From Takakia lepidozioides (Eukaryota; Plantae; Bryophyta): a stretch of 64,000 nucleotides of DNA. Location: contig CM060732.1 of assembly GCA_030704615.1 (NCBI GenBank), forward strand, positions 48,360,001-48,424,000, in the 5' to 3' direction. Under the pieces are notes generated by a model. That model was not told the DNA's origin and did no database searches. It saw only the letters and a list, made by a program, of their open reading frames with translations. Of the stretch, positions 52,081 through 64,000 are shown in pieces (the first letter of the stretch is position 1; each line of letters begins with the position of its first letter). Position numbers and translations under genes: made by a program.

Positions 52081-53660
52081 AAGGAAGTCGTGTCGGGGGG
52101 TCAAACCGAAAACTGGTCGACATAAAAACCTCCCCGGATGAAAAAACGGCGCCGAATTTCCATCCGGGGCCGTTCGGAGGCAGTCGGGGAGGGGGGAGAG
52201 GCCGGCACCTGGCCGTCACATTGCAACCCCCGGACGGAAATTCGGCACTGAATATCCAACAGGGGACGCCCGGATGAAGTCGCCTCGGGCGGAGAGGCCG
52301 GCACGTATCCGACAGAGAGCATCCCCTGGATGGAGATTCGGCGCCGAATTTCCATCCAGGCCCCCCTAAAGGAAGTCGTGTCGGGGGGTCAGGCCAAAAA
52401 CTGGTCGACATAAAAATCTCCCCGGATGGAAAAAAGGCGCCGAATTTCCATCCGGGGCCGTTCGGATGCAGTCGGGGAGGGGGGAGAGGCCGGCACCTGG
52501 CCGTCACATTTCAACCCCCGCACGGAAATTCGGCACCGAATATCCAACAGGGGACACCCGGATGAAGTCGCCTCGGGCGGAGAGGACGGCACCTGTCCGA
52601 CATAGAGCATCCCCCGGATGGAAATTCGGCGCCGAATTTCCATCCGGGCCCCATCAAAGGAAGTCCGGTCGGGTGGTGAGGCCGAAAACTGGACGATATA
52701 AAAACCTCCCAGGATGGAAAAACGGCGCCGAATTTCCGTCCGGGGCAGTCGAGGAGTCCATGAAAAACGTAAAAGTGGACTTCAGCCACAAAACTAACAG
52801 TTTACTGTGTTTTTCTCCGAAAAACCAAGCGGCCACGCTCAGAAATTACCTGCAGGATGGTAATTCGACGCTTAGACTTACCTGGCGGATGGAAATTCGG
52901 CGCGGAATTTCCATCCGCCGCGACCGAGTTACCTGCTAGATGGAAATTCGGCGCCGAATTTCCATCCATCCGGGCTCCGAATTACCTGCATGATGGAAAT
53001 TCGGCGCCGAATTTCCATCCTGCGGCGCTCCAAATTACCTGCATGACGAAAATTTGGCGCGCCGCCCTACCTGGCGGATGGAAATCCGGCACCGGATTTC
53101 CATCCATCCGGCTCCGAATTACCAGCATGACGAAAATTTGGCGCGCCGCCTACCTGGCGGATGAAATCCGGCGCCGGATTTCCATCCATCCGCGCGCAGA
53201 ATTACTTGCATGACGGAAATTTCGCGCGCCGCCCTACCTGGCGGATGGAAATCCGGCGCCGGATTTCCATCCATCCGGCTCCAAATTACCCGCATGACGA
53301 AAATTTGGCGCGCCGCCCTATCTGGCGGATGGAAATCCGGAGCTGGATTTCCATCCATCCGCGCGCAGAATTTCATGCGTGACGGAAATTTCGCGCGCCG
53401 CCCTACCTGGCGGATGGAAATCCGGCGCCGGATTTCCATCCATCCGGCTCCGAATTACCAGCATGACGAAAATTTGGCGCGCCGCCCTACCTGGCAGATG
53501 GAAATCCGGCGCCGGATTTCCATCCATCCGCGCGCAGAATTACCTGCGTGACGGAAATTTTGCGCGCCGCCCTACCTGGCGGATGGAAATCTGGCGCCGG
53601 ATTCCCATCCTGCCGCACTCCGAATTACCTCTACGTTGGAAATTCGGTGCCGAGTTGCGT
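52080..53660. repeat. Intergenic arrays of the C-specific palindrome GGAAATTCGGCGCCGAATTTCC
   Basis: ~300-bp units at 52080-52740 and ~90-bp units at 52880-53650, with gatggaaat(t/c)cggcgccg(a/g)atttccatc and ggcgcgcc variants. Confidence 0.92.
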
Positions 53661-53878
53661 CATATTTCATCCGACAGGGAGGGCTTCATCCGACAATTAA
53701 TTGCGTAGTTGGGCATTAAATGTCCACCGCCGTCCGTTTTGATTCGGGCTGGCGATACAGGGATTCTGCGGTTGCTTCCTCGATACGTACCCTAAATCTG
53801 ATGCTAAACTTGGATTAACTTCTTTTCGAGGCATGTACCCCAAAAAATTGAGATCTTTTTTCTTTTTGGCTGGGACTT

Positions 53879-56800
53879 ATGCCGCCTGAAGGGCGTGGCT
53901 CTCCTGAGAGAGACCCCACATCCAGACCGCGGCGGAAGTTGAGAGCTTTGTACTTTGGACGACGGCCAATCTCTCGCATGGCCAAACTTAAGCTCCAGCA
54001 GGAGATTCCAGTGTCTTGCTCACAACCCGCGCCAACTGAAGTTGAGTACTCTCTGGCAAGCCACTTCTGCTTTCGCTTTGTTCGCTTTCGCTTTTGCTTT
54101 CGCTTTTGCTTTCGCTTTGTTGTTTCGCTTTGTTTTCGCATCTTCATCCTGGCATCGCTGGAAGCGTATGGTTGCATCTCAAAAGCAGGAGCTATTGCGA
54201 AGAATGATCAAGGTCTGAGTGGTAAAAAATTAAGGAAATCCATGCTGAGCTGAGAAGAATGTCTGAGCAGATGAAGTGCCTTCAAAACATTTCACCCTAT
54301 TTTCCCGTCTGATGGAATTCCTGATCATTTGTTCATCGTGTTTCATATTACCGGTTGAGTGAACCTTACATAGTTTGCAATGCGTGTGCAAAGCCGGCAG
54401 CTTTGGAGAAGGCTGCTTGTGCATGTCATTCTTAGGCATTGGTTGGATTTGTTTTCATTGTTGTTCCATGGCACTCCATACTTCCTAAGCTTGTTTTGTT
54501 TTCATTGTTGTTCCACGATTGTTGCTATGGTGGTTGCGCTGCTCGTTGCGCTACTGGTTTTGGCACCGATGTTGGTTCTCACGATTTTTGGGAATGACAT
54601 AGTGACGACGAGCCCGGCACGCTGGTGGTATCATCGACAGCTCCAACTCATCGCATGTTTGAATCGCCCAACTTGGGGCGAGAGGGCAAACTTAAACCTT
54701 TTGTTGGTGGACGGGAGGACCTGCAGCAAGAGTACGACAGAATAGGCATTGGGGAGGTTGGTGCAGGCGGCATGGCAGGTGAAGGGCGTGAGGACGTGAG
54801 GACAGCAGATCCGGCAATGGAGGTTGTTGATGCACATGCAGTAGGGCCCGCCCACGCAAAGAAGAAGAAGAAAGCTAAGCACATGCAATCCCCGGCGAGA
54901 GAGCCGTCACGGGCTGCGGAGGGGGGAGTGAGCAGTGCGCGCGAGGGTGTCAGTTCGCCTCAATCAAAGGTGGTCGTCCTAGAGGGCTCCCCTGCTGCTA
55001 GCCCTAGTAAGAAACAGAAAGCCCGTGAAAGGGCAAAAGAGAGGGCAAAAGAACAGGCGAGACAGAATGCTAGCCAGGAGGAAAGAGAAAAGGCCACTGA
55101 AGAGGCCAGGGGTGCCCAAATGACAGATGCCAATGTAAGCGAGGGACGCACAGAGACGGTGGATCCCTCCAAGACACCACAAAGAGGCAGTAACACACCG
55201 GTTAGACCATCGCGGGCAAGAGCAGCCCCTGCAATTACCCATACGGTGGAGAGTGGAGGAGAGGAAAGAACACCAGAAAGAGCACGGATTGTGCCAGTTC
55301 GAGGTGAAGCCGAGTAGAGGGTAGTACAGACGGGGAGAGTGCTCGAGGTGGTTTCGCCGGTGGCTGACCATGTTGAGGAGGACGACGGGGAGCTTTCTGA
55401 CCAGGATGACATCCTCCCGGACATCCCCAGGCCCCAAACCCGCAGCATACAGGCTGGATTTGGCGGTCCTGGTGGGCTGCCGGAGAACCCCTCTGCAGCA
55501 GACATCATGTGGGAGGCCGATATGAAGTTGGCCGCTGCCAAGATGTTGGAGGCAACCCACAGCAACATTGGCAGGGTGCTGGGGGGCATGGTGTACCCGG
55601 CCAAGCTTCGGATTCCCCTTTGCCGCTTGGTGTCATTGCAGGTGGTGAGACCTGCCCTCCCAGGCGATATCGACAAGCTGAAATTCTCTTTCCGGGATGG
55701 ATATCGAATGGGGTCTGCCGCATTTTACGTTTCCATTGAGAACGACCACGGAGCTTCCCGTGCCCACACTTCCGATGAGGTGGACAAATGGGGTCCCCAT
55801 TGGCAAAGGCGAAATGAGGAGTTCGAGAGAACGATTGCTACTGATCCTCTTTTCTAGCACTTGTCCGGTAAGATGTTTTACGTGTGGGATGGCAATCATC
55901 GCCTCCTGGCATGGATGGAGCACATAGCCGAAGCCCACCCCAATGACCTCGATTGGCATTTCGCCGTGGAGTGTGTTGTGCTGAAGGTTGCGGGGCCCAA
56001 AGATCATAGTCTTCTCAAAGCTGCAATGGCGAACATCAACTCGTAAGTTACAACGCCTCTTGCTTTTGGACCCATCCGATTGTAAGTCATTTCATTGCGA
56101 ATCCTCATATTTGTTGAAAATTCCCATTTCAGTATTGTTTGATGGAAATGTGGCATTGCAGGGTGACTGAGAATGCCTTCATTGCCACCAACTTGTCCCA
56201 TATGCTCTTCCGAGTGAAGGATGTCGGGAAGCAGGGGGTGCAAGAGTTTGCCAATTCGCTCAGTGCCGACCTCCTGCGCAAGTCGGAGGCAAAGACAGAC
56301 AGAACCTGGTATAGGCTGAGCATGGACGCCATGGTGGACTACATATTTCGGGTAAAGCTCCTCACTATTTTGTTGAGCTAATGTGTCTCTCCTCCCCCAA
56401 TAGAAGAAAAAGTGTTGAGCAGGATCTCTAATCTTATGTGCGCATTTTTGACAGACGAAAATTCAGCAGGATTTGGCACATGCGCGGAGGTTCTATATGG
56501 AGTCAGAGGAGAAGAATCTAACCCTCTCGGCACTCGAATCGTATCTCAAAGCTGCGGAGGCCAGGGCCCGTATAAAGTACAAGTCGCGGATGGTAAAGTA
56601 CGTGGCCATAGCTGATCCCGCCCTTGGTGCCGACTTTCTGGTGGAGGTTGGGAAGCACTACTCCCGCGCTCTGAAGCCCACGATGACATTGGAGAAGCTC
56701 CATCGTCTAGCCACATCCTGTGTGGATGCAACAGAAAAGGTGATACATTCTTAACCAAATTGTGGTGGCAACAACTCGTTTTTGTGGTGTTTGGCGCTTA

Positions 56801-59800
56801 CGAATATGCTGGGTGGTTGGACAGACCCGGTGGCTCCAAATCTGGAACGGTTCCCAAAGTACAAGGGACATGTGGAGCTTCCCCAAACCGGACAAACTGT
56901 CTGACCCCACATTCGACATGTGGATGAACCGCATGACATGGTGGTTTCAGGTACTTCCCCACGCTTCGTTTGACGCTTCTACTCTTGTAGGGGGTGGATT
57001 CATTGTATTTTTTGAGGAAAGCGATCTGATGGAGAATCTCCACAGGTGACGACGAATGCGCAAGAGTAGCTGGTCACACAAGCACATCAGTTCAAGATGG
57101 AGATTTCTCCTGCAGCAGAGAGCCTACGCGACTATGTGACGAGGTACTTTCTGCTCTCCAAAACCGACCTATTCTTTCGGGAGATACCCCATGCCCACCG
57201 GAGCCACGAGTTCACCGACCAGCCGAACGCGGACAAAGCAGCAATGTGCCTTCTGTACAGGTACATACGCGATGCCTTCCTTTCAAGTCCTTGCATTTCA
57301 GGATGTTAGAGGCCTCATGTGGCGCATGAAAATTGGTCTTTGGGAAAATGGCGCCGAATTTCCAGTTCAGGGCTCCAAAAATGGCTAAGTCCCTAAGGTG
57401 CCTGGCCCTGAACTGGAAATTCGGCGCCATTTTTCCAGTTCAAGGCCATATTACCGTTCTGGGACTTAGCCATTTTCGGGCCGGAAATGGGAAAATGGCG
57501 CCAAATTTCCAGTTCAGGGCTCCGAAAATGGCTAAGTCCCTAGGGTGGCTGGCACAAAAAACCGAAATTCGGCGCCATTTTTCGAGTTTTAGGCCCTGGC
57601 AATTTTGGAACTTAGCCATTTTCGGGCCAAACCGGGAAAAATGGCGCCGAATTTCCAGTTCCGGGCTCCCAAGATGGCTAAGTCCCTAGGGTGGCAGTCA
57701 CCGAAAACTGAACTTCGGTGCCATTTTTCCATTTCTAGGCCCAGTCAGATCCGCCCCAACCTGGGAAAATGGTGCCGAATTTGCAGTTCAGGGACCTCAT
57801 TGTGTTTTTCATGAATGCAGGTACTGCAAGTTCTCCCTTTTGGAGAAAGGTCATCTGTCTTTCGAGCCACCATTCTTCCTGGCATGGTGGAACCCTGGGG
57901 CTGACTCCATGTACACTGACGATATTGTGAAGGAGTGGCATCTGGAACATTTGCGTGATTGCCCTTGGTATGTGGACCTTCCGCCCGGCTCGCTCGACCC
58001 ATCCGAGTTTCAATTGAAGCTGGATGCTGAGGCCCGACGAAACCGGGCTCCGCTGCCTCCGCTGGGTGCAAAAGAGGCAAAAGCGCTTGCGAACTCCAGG
58101 AAAGCGGCAGAGCTTGCTCAGGCAGGAATTCAGGAGAAATTGAATGAGAAGAATAAAGGCCAAAGGAAAAGGACAAGGAAACAGGTGAGTACAGTAACAC
58201 CCAAAAAACAGAAAACCATCGGGGCATCGGAGGAGGCGCAGGAGGGGACCCAAGGGAGTGACTCGGACGACGACTTTGTTCAAGGTCCTGCGACAACTGT
58301 TGCTGCTACCAAGTCACCGGTCGTCCGGGTTCCCAAGTCAGTTCGGAGTGGGACTGGCTCTGTCAAGAAGTTGGCATTTGAGGGCGAGCCTACACGGCGG
58401 TATTTGGCGGTGACGTTTATGCACAGGCCAAAGCTAGAACCTCCAACCATCATCCAATGCATCAATGAGAGCTTCCTTGACGCTCTCGCTGCCAGGGCGA
58501 AGAAGGTGGCACACAACAAGTCTCTGGCGGAGCAGAAGGGGAAAGCCAAGAAGAGGGCTGTCGGTACAGAGCCTAAAGACACCCCTGGTTTTGAAGCCAT
58601 GATGGAATTCTTCACGGCTGTGAGCACGGATTGCAAGAGCACTGGGGGGGGGGGTTGAGGTAGAGAGAGCTTGCGATATGATTCTCCTCGACATTCCAGA
58701 TGGGGAGCTGCTGGAGGGCCTGGATGGTGTGCCCACCTGGAACAGGTTTACTGAGGACTACTGGAAAGCCGGGTTTGGGCTGGCGGGGATGCTCCTGGAT
58801 GACCGTGGATGTGTGGTTGTCTTTGCCACAAGAGGGAAGACCACAGAAAATGCGGTGGCAAGATGGACACCGAAAAGTGTCACCCCGGTCCTCCTCAGAA
58901 AATGGTTCTGCATCAATACACAGGGGTTGCGAACAGAGGGCCAAAGTGTAAGTTATCAATCTATTGCATTCACCTCATATTGTGGTGTATCTAAACTAGA
59001 TCCCGGAGTTTATCCCTCTTTTGTTGGATGTGCAGACATTGGTGTTTGAGGCATATTGCTTTGTGAAGAGAGGGTCTACGTTCAAATTCCGCAATGACGG
59101 TCGTCTTGTTGATGCCGATGTGGACCCTGTTACCTACGATGTCCTCTACAACTATGTGCCCCACTCCAGTATGCCGAAGGACACAAAGACAGGTAAACCG
59201 TGGCGGTACAGCCGGACCCGGAGCCCTGCTTTCATCCAAACCCTCATGGAGACGTGCTCGGATGTCCAAGGGCGGATTCTAGACCTCACATGCGGCACGG
59301 GTAAGCCTTCACGTGCTCAGTTTGTCCCCTGGCCCGATTGCAATTGCATGCCGCAAGCTATTAACCGCCCGCTTTGTTCCTCGGGTGCTTCAATATGGGC
59401 AGGGACGTTGTCCGACAGGCATGTGTTCGCCTTCGAGCCACATACTGCCCTCCACAACTCGGAACTTGCAGCGGCTGAACGTCTGCCAAAAGAGGAAGAG
59501 GCATCCTCGGAGGATGAGGAAAAATCCGAGAAGGAGCAGGGGGAGGAACAAGTTGGGATCGAGGCCGAGGAGCCCCCGGTGTACGAGTGAGTGGTTGCAT
59601 TGTAAGTTGCCTCCAGATTTCGTGAGGCACCTCCCTTCGCTCTCTTATTTCATTGAAAACCCTTTCTGCTTCTGCTGGTATTGACATTCTTGAAGTGGAT
59701 TTGTTCTTACTGTAGGATGCCAAGTACGGCAGGAGCGACGTCTACACCGGAGTTCATGGGCAGGAGGAACGTGCCTTTTTTTGCCAGGGGGGATTTCATG

Positions 59801-60124
59801 CCTAGTCCAGAAAGGGACTACATCCTTCCTACTTATGCTGCCCGGCTTGCTTCGGTGTCCATTAGGAGGTGTTCCGAACCTAGTCGTGTACAACAGATTT
59901 TAGACGAGGCAAGCCTCAAGAAACTGAAGATGAGGGAGGAGGCAGCAGCTATTAGAGCCCGTCGGGCTCGTAGATTTGTCTTGGATTCTGCTGAGGAAAG
60001 TGGGGGAGAAGAGGCAGAAGATTCCCAGGAGGTGAGGTGGACAGTCCCCCAAGGAGAGGACGACATTTTTGAGAGGCATATTGCAACCGATGCATCACAG
60101 AGCTCGGAGGATGGGGGGGGATGA
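53879..60124 (+). pseudogene. ParB/Srx + N4C/N6A methyltransferase-like gene of element C
   Basis: VVRPALPGDIDKL...FYVWDGNHRLLAW; introns at ~56043, 56352, 56740, 56951, 57261, 58948, 59301, 59588; ILLDIPDG, WFCINT, FEAYCFVK, RTRSPAFIQTLMETCS...RILDLTCGTG|ASIWAG...RHVFAFE; stops at 55315 and 55855, frameshift in the G-run at ~58650. Confidence 0.82.
57340..57790. repeat. Intronic array of C motif (aaaatggcgccgaatttcc / gaaattcggcgccatttt)
   Basis: About 8 copies in alternating orientation inside intron 57261-57820. Confidence 0.88.
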
Positions 60125-60396
60125 GGGGGATGAGGAAGAAGGAGGGCCAAGTTCCTCGGAAGGTGTAGGAGAGTAGTTCCCATTCCTGCTATGACAGTTA
60201 GGACACACTTGTATAGACGTGGCTTGCCACAAAATTTGCAATAAAATGTTGCATTTCATTGCTATGACGAGTCCACATGACCCTAGTTCCGTGCCTCCTA
60301 ACCCTATTTCCGTGGACAGACAATGGCCCGCTCATGCTTTTTTTTTTCCCGCTCATGCTCATGCCGCTCGTGAAATAGCAGCCCCCCCCCCGGGAG

Positions 60397-60767
60397 AAGT
60401 CGTCCGCGTTCATGCAGACCTTCATTGAGACATGCAGCCGACATGGTGGCAAAGTGGTTGACCTCTCCATGGGCACAGGTGCATGCCGAAACTCTTCTCC
60501 ATTCTTCGTTGCACGTGTTCTCTTGTTTTGGCTTTTGACATGGTTTCGTGCTTTCATTCGCTATCCTACATGGGCTTCGTTCCATGCCTGCAAATGTGCA
60601 GGAAGACATCTTTTTGGGTTTGGGGGGACGAGGAGCTTTACTCTCGAGTCATTGCTCCACTCTCTAAGGGATCCTCGCATTCAACCCAGACTGAGAAGAT
60701 TGTTGAGGAGCAAGATCTGCAAGAGCCGGATGCTCTGGATGTGGATTCGGATTTTTCATGTGAGTAA
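60397..60767 (+). pseudogene. 3' end of the element B methyltransferase-like gene
   Basis: KSSAFMQTFIETCSRHGGKVVDLSMGTG (SAM-binding motif I), intron, then ASFHACKCAGRHLFGF. Confidence 0.82.
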
Positions 60768-60940
60768 GTGCATGTTCTTTTGTGGCAACTCATAGACCCC
60801 ATGACGGATCCTTTTGGTGCTCTTTTTTGTGGCAGCAGTTTGGCTTCTAGAATATTTACGAATTTCCTCTGCGCAGTAATAGGTCTTCTAAGTCGATTGG
60901 ACGTCTGCGGTTATAGGTAGGCAGGTCCTCAAGCGTGAGC

Positions 60941-63900
60941 AGAAATTTGACAATTGACAAGTGACAAAATTCCCAAATTTCACATACACAATTGTTTCAA
61001 AAGTGGCGGTTGCACTTCATGAAGATCAAAGAAATTCATGGAAGTTTAACTTGGCAGCTACTCATCCTATATCTACATACGGGTTACACTCCAACCATCT
61101 TTTGATGGATGTACACCAATTATTGGTGTAGATGGCATGTTGATACTGAGGTTCATGGTGCGGCCTGTAAGTCTTGCCATTGATCGAGTATGGGGGGGGG
61201 GGTTGGGGGGGTCCCAGTCTTAGCACATGTTCAGCATATTCCACCTTTCCCATCAATCGTTGTGTCACAGATGAATGTGCTTCTGTAATTTCTTTGGCAC
61301 GTTGATTTTGGCGCCCGTGATGGTGAAGGTAAGTTGCAAGCAACATTGTTGTTGAAACCAAAGGCTGCATTCAATTCTGCAATTGTTGTTGGGCCATCCG
61401 CCAAATGCCAATAAGGAAGACCACGCAATTGGGCACGTGAGATGAGCCTTAAATTATGGGGCGAGGAGTTGTACAAAAACCAAATTAACTACAACTTAGC
61501 AGCTATGGTGTAAAAAAAAAAATATAAAAACCTAAATAAAGGGACCGCTGAATGGGTAAACAAATTTTAAGAAAGTCTCGCGGTCCCGATCCCCCAAACG
61601 GCGACTGCCACAACAGTAGCCGCAAGGGTACCAAAAAAAAGGAAAAAATAAAAAAGCGATGGGGACCGGGAGCCGGGCGGTCTCGAGGCCCCACTGGCGA
61701 CCGCGTAGAAATTGATTGAAAGGGTGAACTCATCGTTCGCTGTTCAAATGAATTTTTATTGCTTTCATTCTTTGCGAGTGTGTTGGACACATCTTGTCAC
61801 GGGTCCTCTCATTTATCAGGTGAAGCAAATTTGATTGAAAGGGTGAACCCATCGTGAACTGTTCAAATTAATTTTGATTGCTTCAAATCTTTGCAAGAGT
61901 GTTGAACATGCCTTCTCACAGGCTTCTCTCAAGTATGAGGTCAATCAAAACTGGTTTAAGGGGTGAACCCATCGTTCGCTGTTCAAATGATTTTTCATTG
62001 CTTTCAAACATTGCGAATGTGTTGGACATACCTTGTCACAGGTACGTGTCGAGTATGAGGTCATTCGAATTGATTCAAAGGGTGAACCCATCGTTCGATG
62101 TTCAAATGATTTTTGATTGCTTCCAATCTTTGAGAGTGTGTGGGACATACCTTGTCAGACGTACGTGTGGAGTATCAGTCAATCAAAATTGATTGAAAGG
62201 GTGAACCCATCGTTTGCTGATCAAATAAAAAGGTGAACCCATCGTTCGATGTTTAAATGAATTTTTGATTGCTTTCAATCTTTGCGAGTGTGTTGGACAT
62301 ACCTTGTCACATGCTCCTCTCAAGTATGAAGTCAATCAAAATTGATTGAAAGGGTGAACCCATCGTTCCATGTTCAAATGATTTTTGATTACTTTCAAAT
62401 ATTGCGAGTGTGTTGGACATACCTTGTCAGAGGTACATGTCGAGTATCAGGTCCATCGAAATTGATTCAAAGGGTAAACCCATCGTTCGATGTTCAAATG
62501 AATTTTTGATTGCTTTCAATCTTTGCGAGTGTGTTGGACATACCTTGTCACATGCTCCTCTCAAGTATGAAGTCAATCAAAATTGATTGAAATGGTGAAC
62601 CCATCGTTCGATGTTCAAATGATTTTTGATTGCTTTCATTCATTGCGAGTGTGTTGGACATACCTTGTCAGAGATACGTGTCGAGTATCAGGTCAATCGA
62701 AATTGATTCAAAGGGTGAACCCATCGTTCGCTGATCAAATGAATTTTTATTGCTTTCAAACATTGCGAGTGTTGGATATACTTTGTAAGAGGTACGTGTT
62801 GCGTATCAGGTCAATCGAAATTGATTCAAAAGGTGAGCCCAACGTTTGCTGTTCAAATGATTTTTGATTGATTCCAATTTTTGCGAGTGTGTTGGACATA
62901 CCTTGTCACAGGCTCCTCTCAAGTATCAAGTCAACCAAAATTGGTTCAGAGTGTGAGCTCATCGTTCCTTGGTGAAATGATTTTGGATTGCTTTTAAACA
63001 TTGCGAGTGTGTTCGACATATCTTATCAGAGGGACATGTCGAGTATCAGGTCAATCAAAATTGATTGAAATGGTGAACCCATCGTTCGCTGTTCAAGTGA
63101 TTTTTTATTGCTTTCAATCTTTGCGAGTGTGTTGGACATACATTGTCAAAGGTACCTGTTGAGTATCAGGTCAATCAAAATTGGTTCGGAGGGTAAACTC
63201 ATCATCCCCCGGTGAAATGATTTTTCATTGCTTTCAATCTTTGCGAGTGTGTACCTTGTCAGAGGTACATGTTGAGTATGATGTCAATCCAAATTGGTTC
63301 AGAGGGTGAACTCATCATTCCCTAGTGAAATGAATTTGTGATTGCTTTCAATCTTTGCAACTGTGTTGGACATACCTTGTCACAGGCTCCTCTCAAGTAT
63401 CAGGTCAATCAAAATTGATTCAAAGGGTGAACCTATCGTTCGATGTTCAAGTGATTTTGGATTGCTTTCAATTTTTGCGAGTGTATTGGAAATAGACATA
63501 CCTTCTCACGAGTACCTGTCAATTATCAGGTCTATGAAAATTGGTCGAAAGGGTTTAGGGTACACGGTTAAACCCCAAACTCTAAACCCTAAAAACCGTA
63601 AACCCTAAACCCGTTTCAATTTCTTAATAGAAAATCCGGACCGCGAGTACCAAGTTTGTTATATATATATATATATATATATTTCTCTCGGCGACCGGGG
63701 AGGTGTGGCGGGCGACCGCCCGTTCTTGGGACCGCCAATGCTGGCGGTCCCAAAATGTTTTCTCTTTTTGTTGCCCAGGGCGACCGTGTTGGTGGTCACC
63801 TAGCAGGAGGGGGGTGAGGGAGGTGCCCGACCGGGCGACCGCTATGGGCGGTCGCCGCCTGTATTTGCGACGGTTTGGCTTGCGGGTGGGGCGACCGCCC

Positions 63901-64000
63901 CCACCGGTCGCATGGCAATGCTTTCGACCAGGGCGGGAGGGGAGGGGGGTGTGTTGGGGCTAGGGCTTGGGTGCCCAGGCCCGGTTCGGTCGCCCGCAAG
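60941..64000 (+). mobile_element. Second copy of the kinase-hAT element, continuing beyond the window
   Basis: Collinear with 19749-24200 but lacking the CACTA insertion. Confidence 0.9.
61708..63555 (+). repeat. ~120-bp satellite, second copy
   Basis: Same unit and same distinctive first and last units as 21817-23745. Confidence 0.95.

Larger units (their letters stand above)
48002..60388. mobile_element. Mutator-like element C, full length (~12.4 kb), nested in the MTase exon of B
   Basis: TSD cccgggag (47994-48001 and 60389-60396); TIR gaggttagctatttcatgagcatgagcgg vs reverse complement ggggctgctatttcacgagcggcatgagc. Excision restores B in frame: PWRGAR-EKSSAFMQTFIETCS. Confidence 0.9.
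36662..60940. mobile_element. Mutator-like element B (~12 kb excluding nested C); right terminus deleted
   Basis: Left TIR ggagggcagctaccgtgtgag resembles C TIR ggaggttagctatttcatgag; inverted subterminal motifs cctattaccg (36788) and cggttatagg (60908). Host hAT resumes at 60941 (equivalent to 19749), about 770 bp downstream of the left breakpoint. Confidence 0.8.

Noticed and set aside
54060-54140. KRKQKRK / FRFCFRF peptide repeats
   Set aside because: A tttcgc/ttttgc microsatellite, probably intronic.
44177-60124. Bacterial or phage contamination (ParB-methylase operon)
   Set aside because: Genes have conserved GT-AG introns and lie inside TIR/TSD-bounded eukaryotic transposons.

Overview
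Eukaryotic DNA, almost certainly land plant (probably a non-seed plant such as a bryophyte; this is inference). Evidence: GT-AG introns, plant-type L1 LINEs and an arabinogalactan-peptide gene. The window is a nest of decayed transposons with only one clear host gene (AG peptide, 13742-14017, minus). The main finding is three diverged members (A: 1-~5380, B: 36662-~60940, C: 48002-60388 nested in B) of a ~12-kb Mutator-like (MULE) family. Each pairs a GCM-zinc-finger/DDE/SWIM transposase head-to-head with a multi-intron gene encoding an N-terminal ParB/Sulfiredoxin-like domain (WDGNHR). In B and C that gene continues into a beta-class N4C/N6A DNA-methyltransferase-like domain (DIPDG ... LDLxxGTG); A runs off the window before this part. 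B and C each carry dozens of copies of their own CpG-containing palindrome (B: ATTAAGGTGTCGTYRACGACATCTTAAT; C: GGAAATTCGGCGCCGAATTTCC), almost entirely non-coding and partly in homologous positions. This suggests a parS-like or VANC-like self-marking, anti-silencing system. Also present: a 12.3-kb hAT element carrying kinase and RING-H2 cargo genes plus a 120-bp satellite (and a second, disrupted copy), a CACTA non-autonomous element, a cluster of TTAA piggyBac-like MITEs, tandem non-autonomous Helitrons, L1 fragments, and an RNase H + restriction-like-endonuclease retroelement fragment bounded by TA-flanked TIRs. All TE ORFs contain stops or frameshifts. All family calls rest on motif recognition by eye; no database search was possible.
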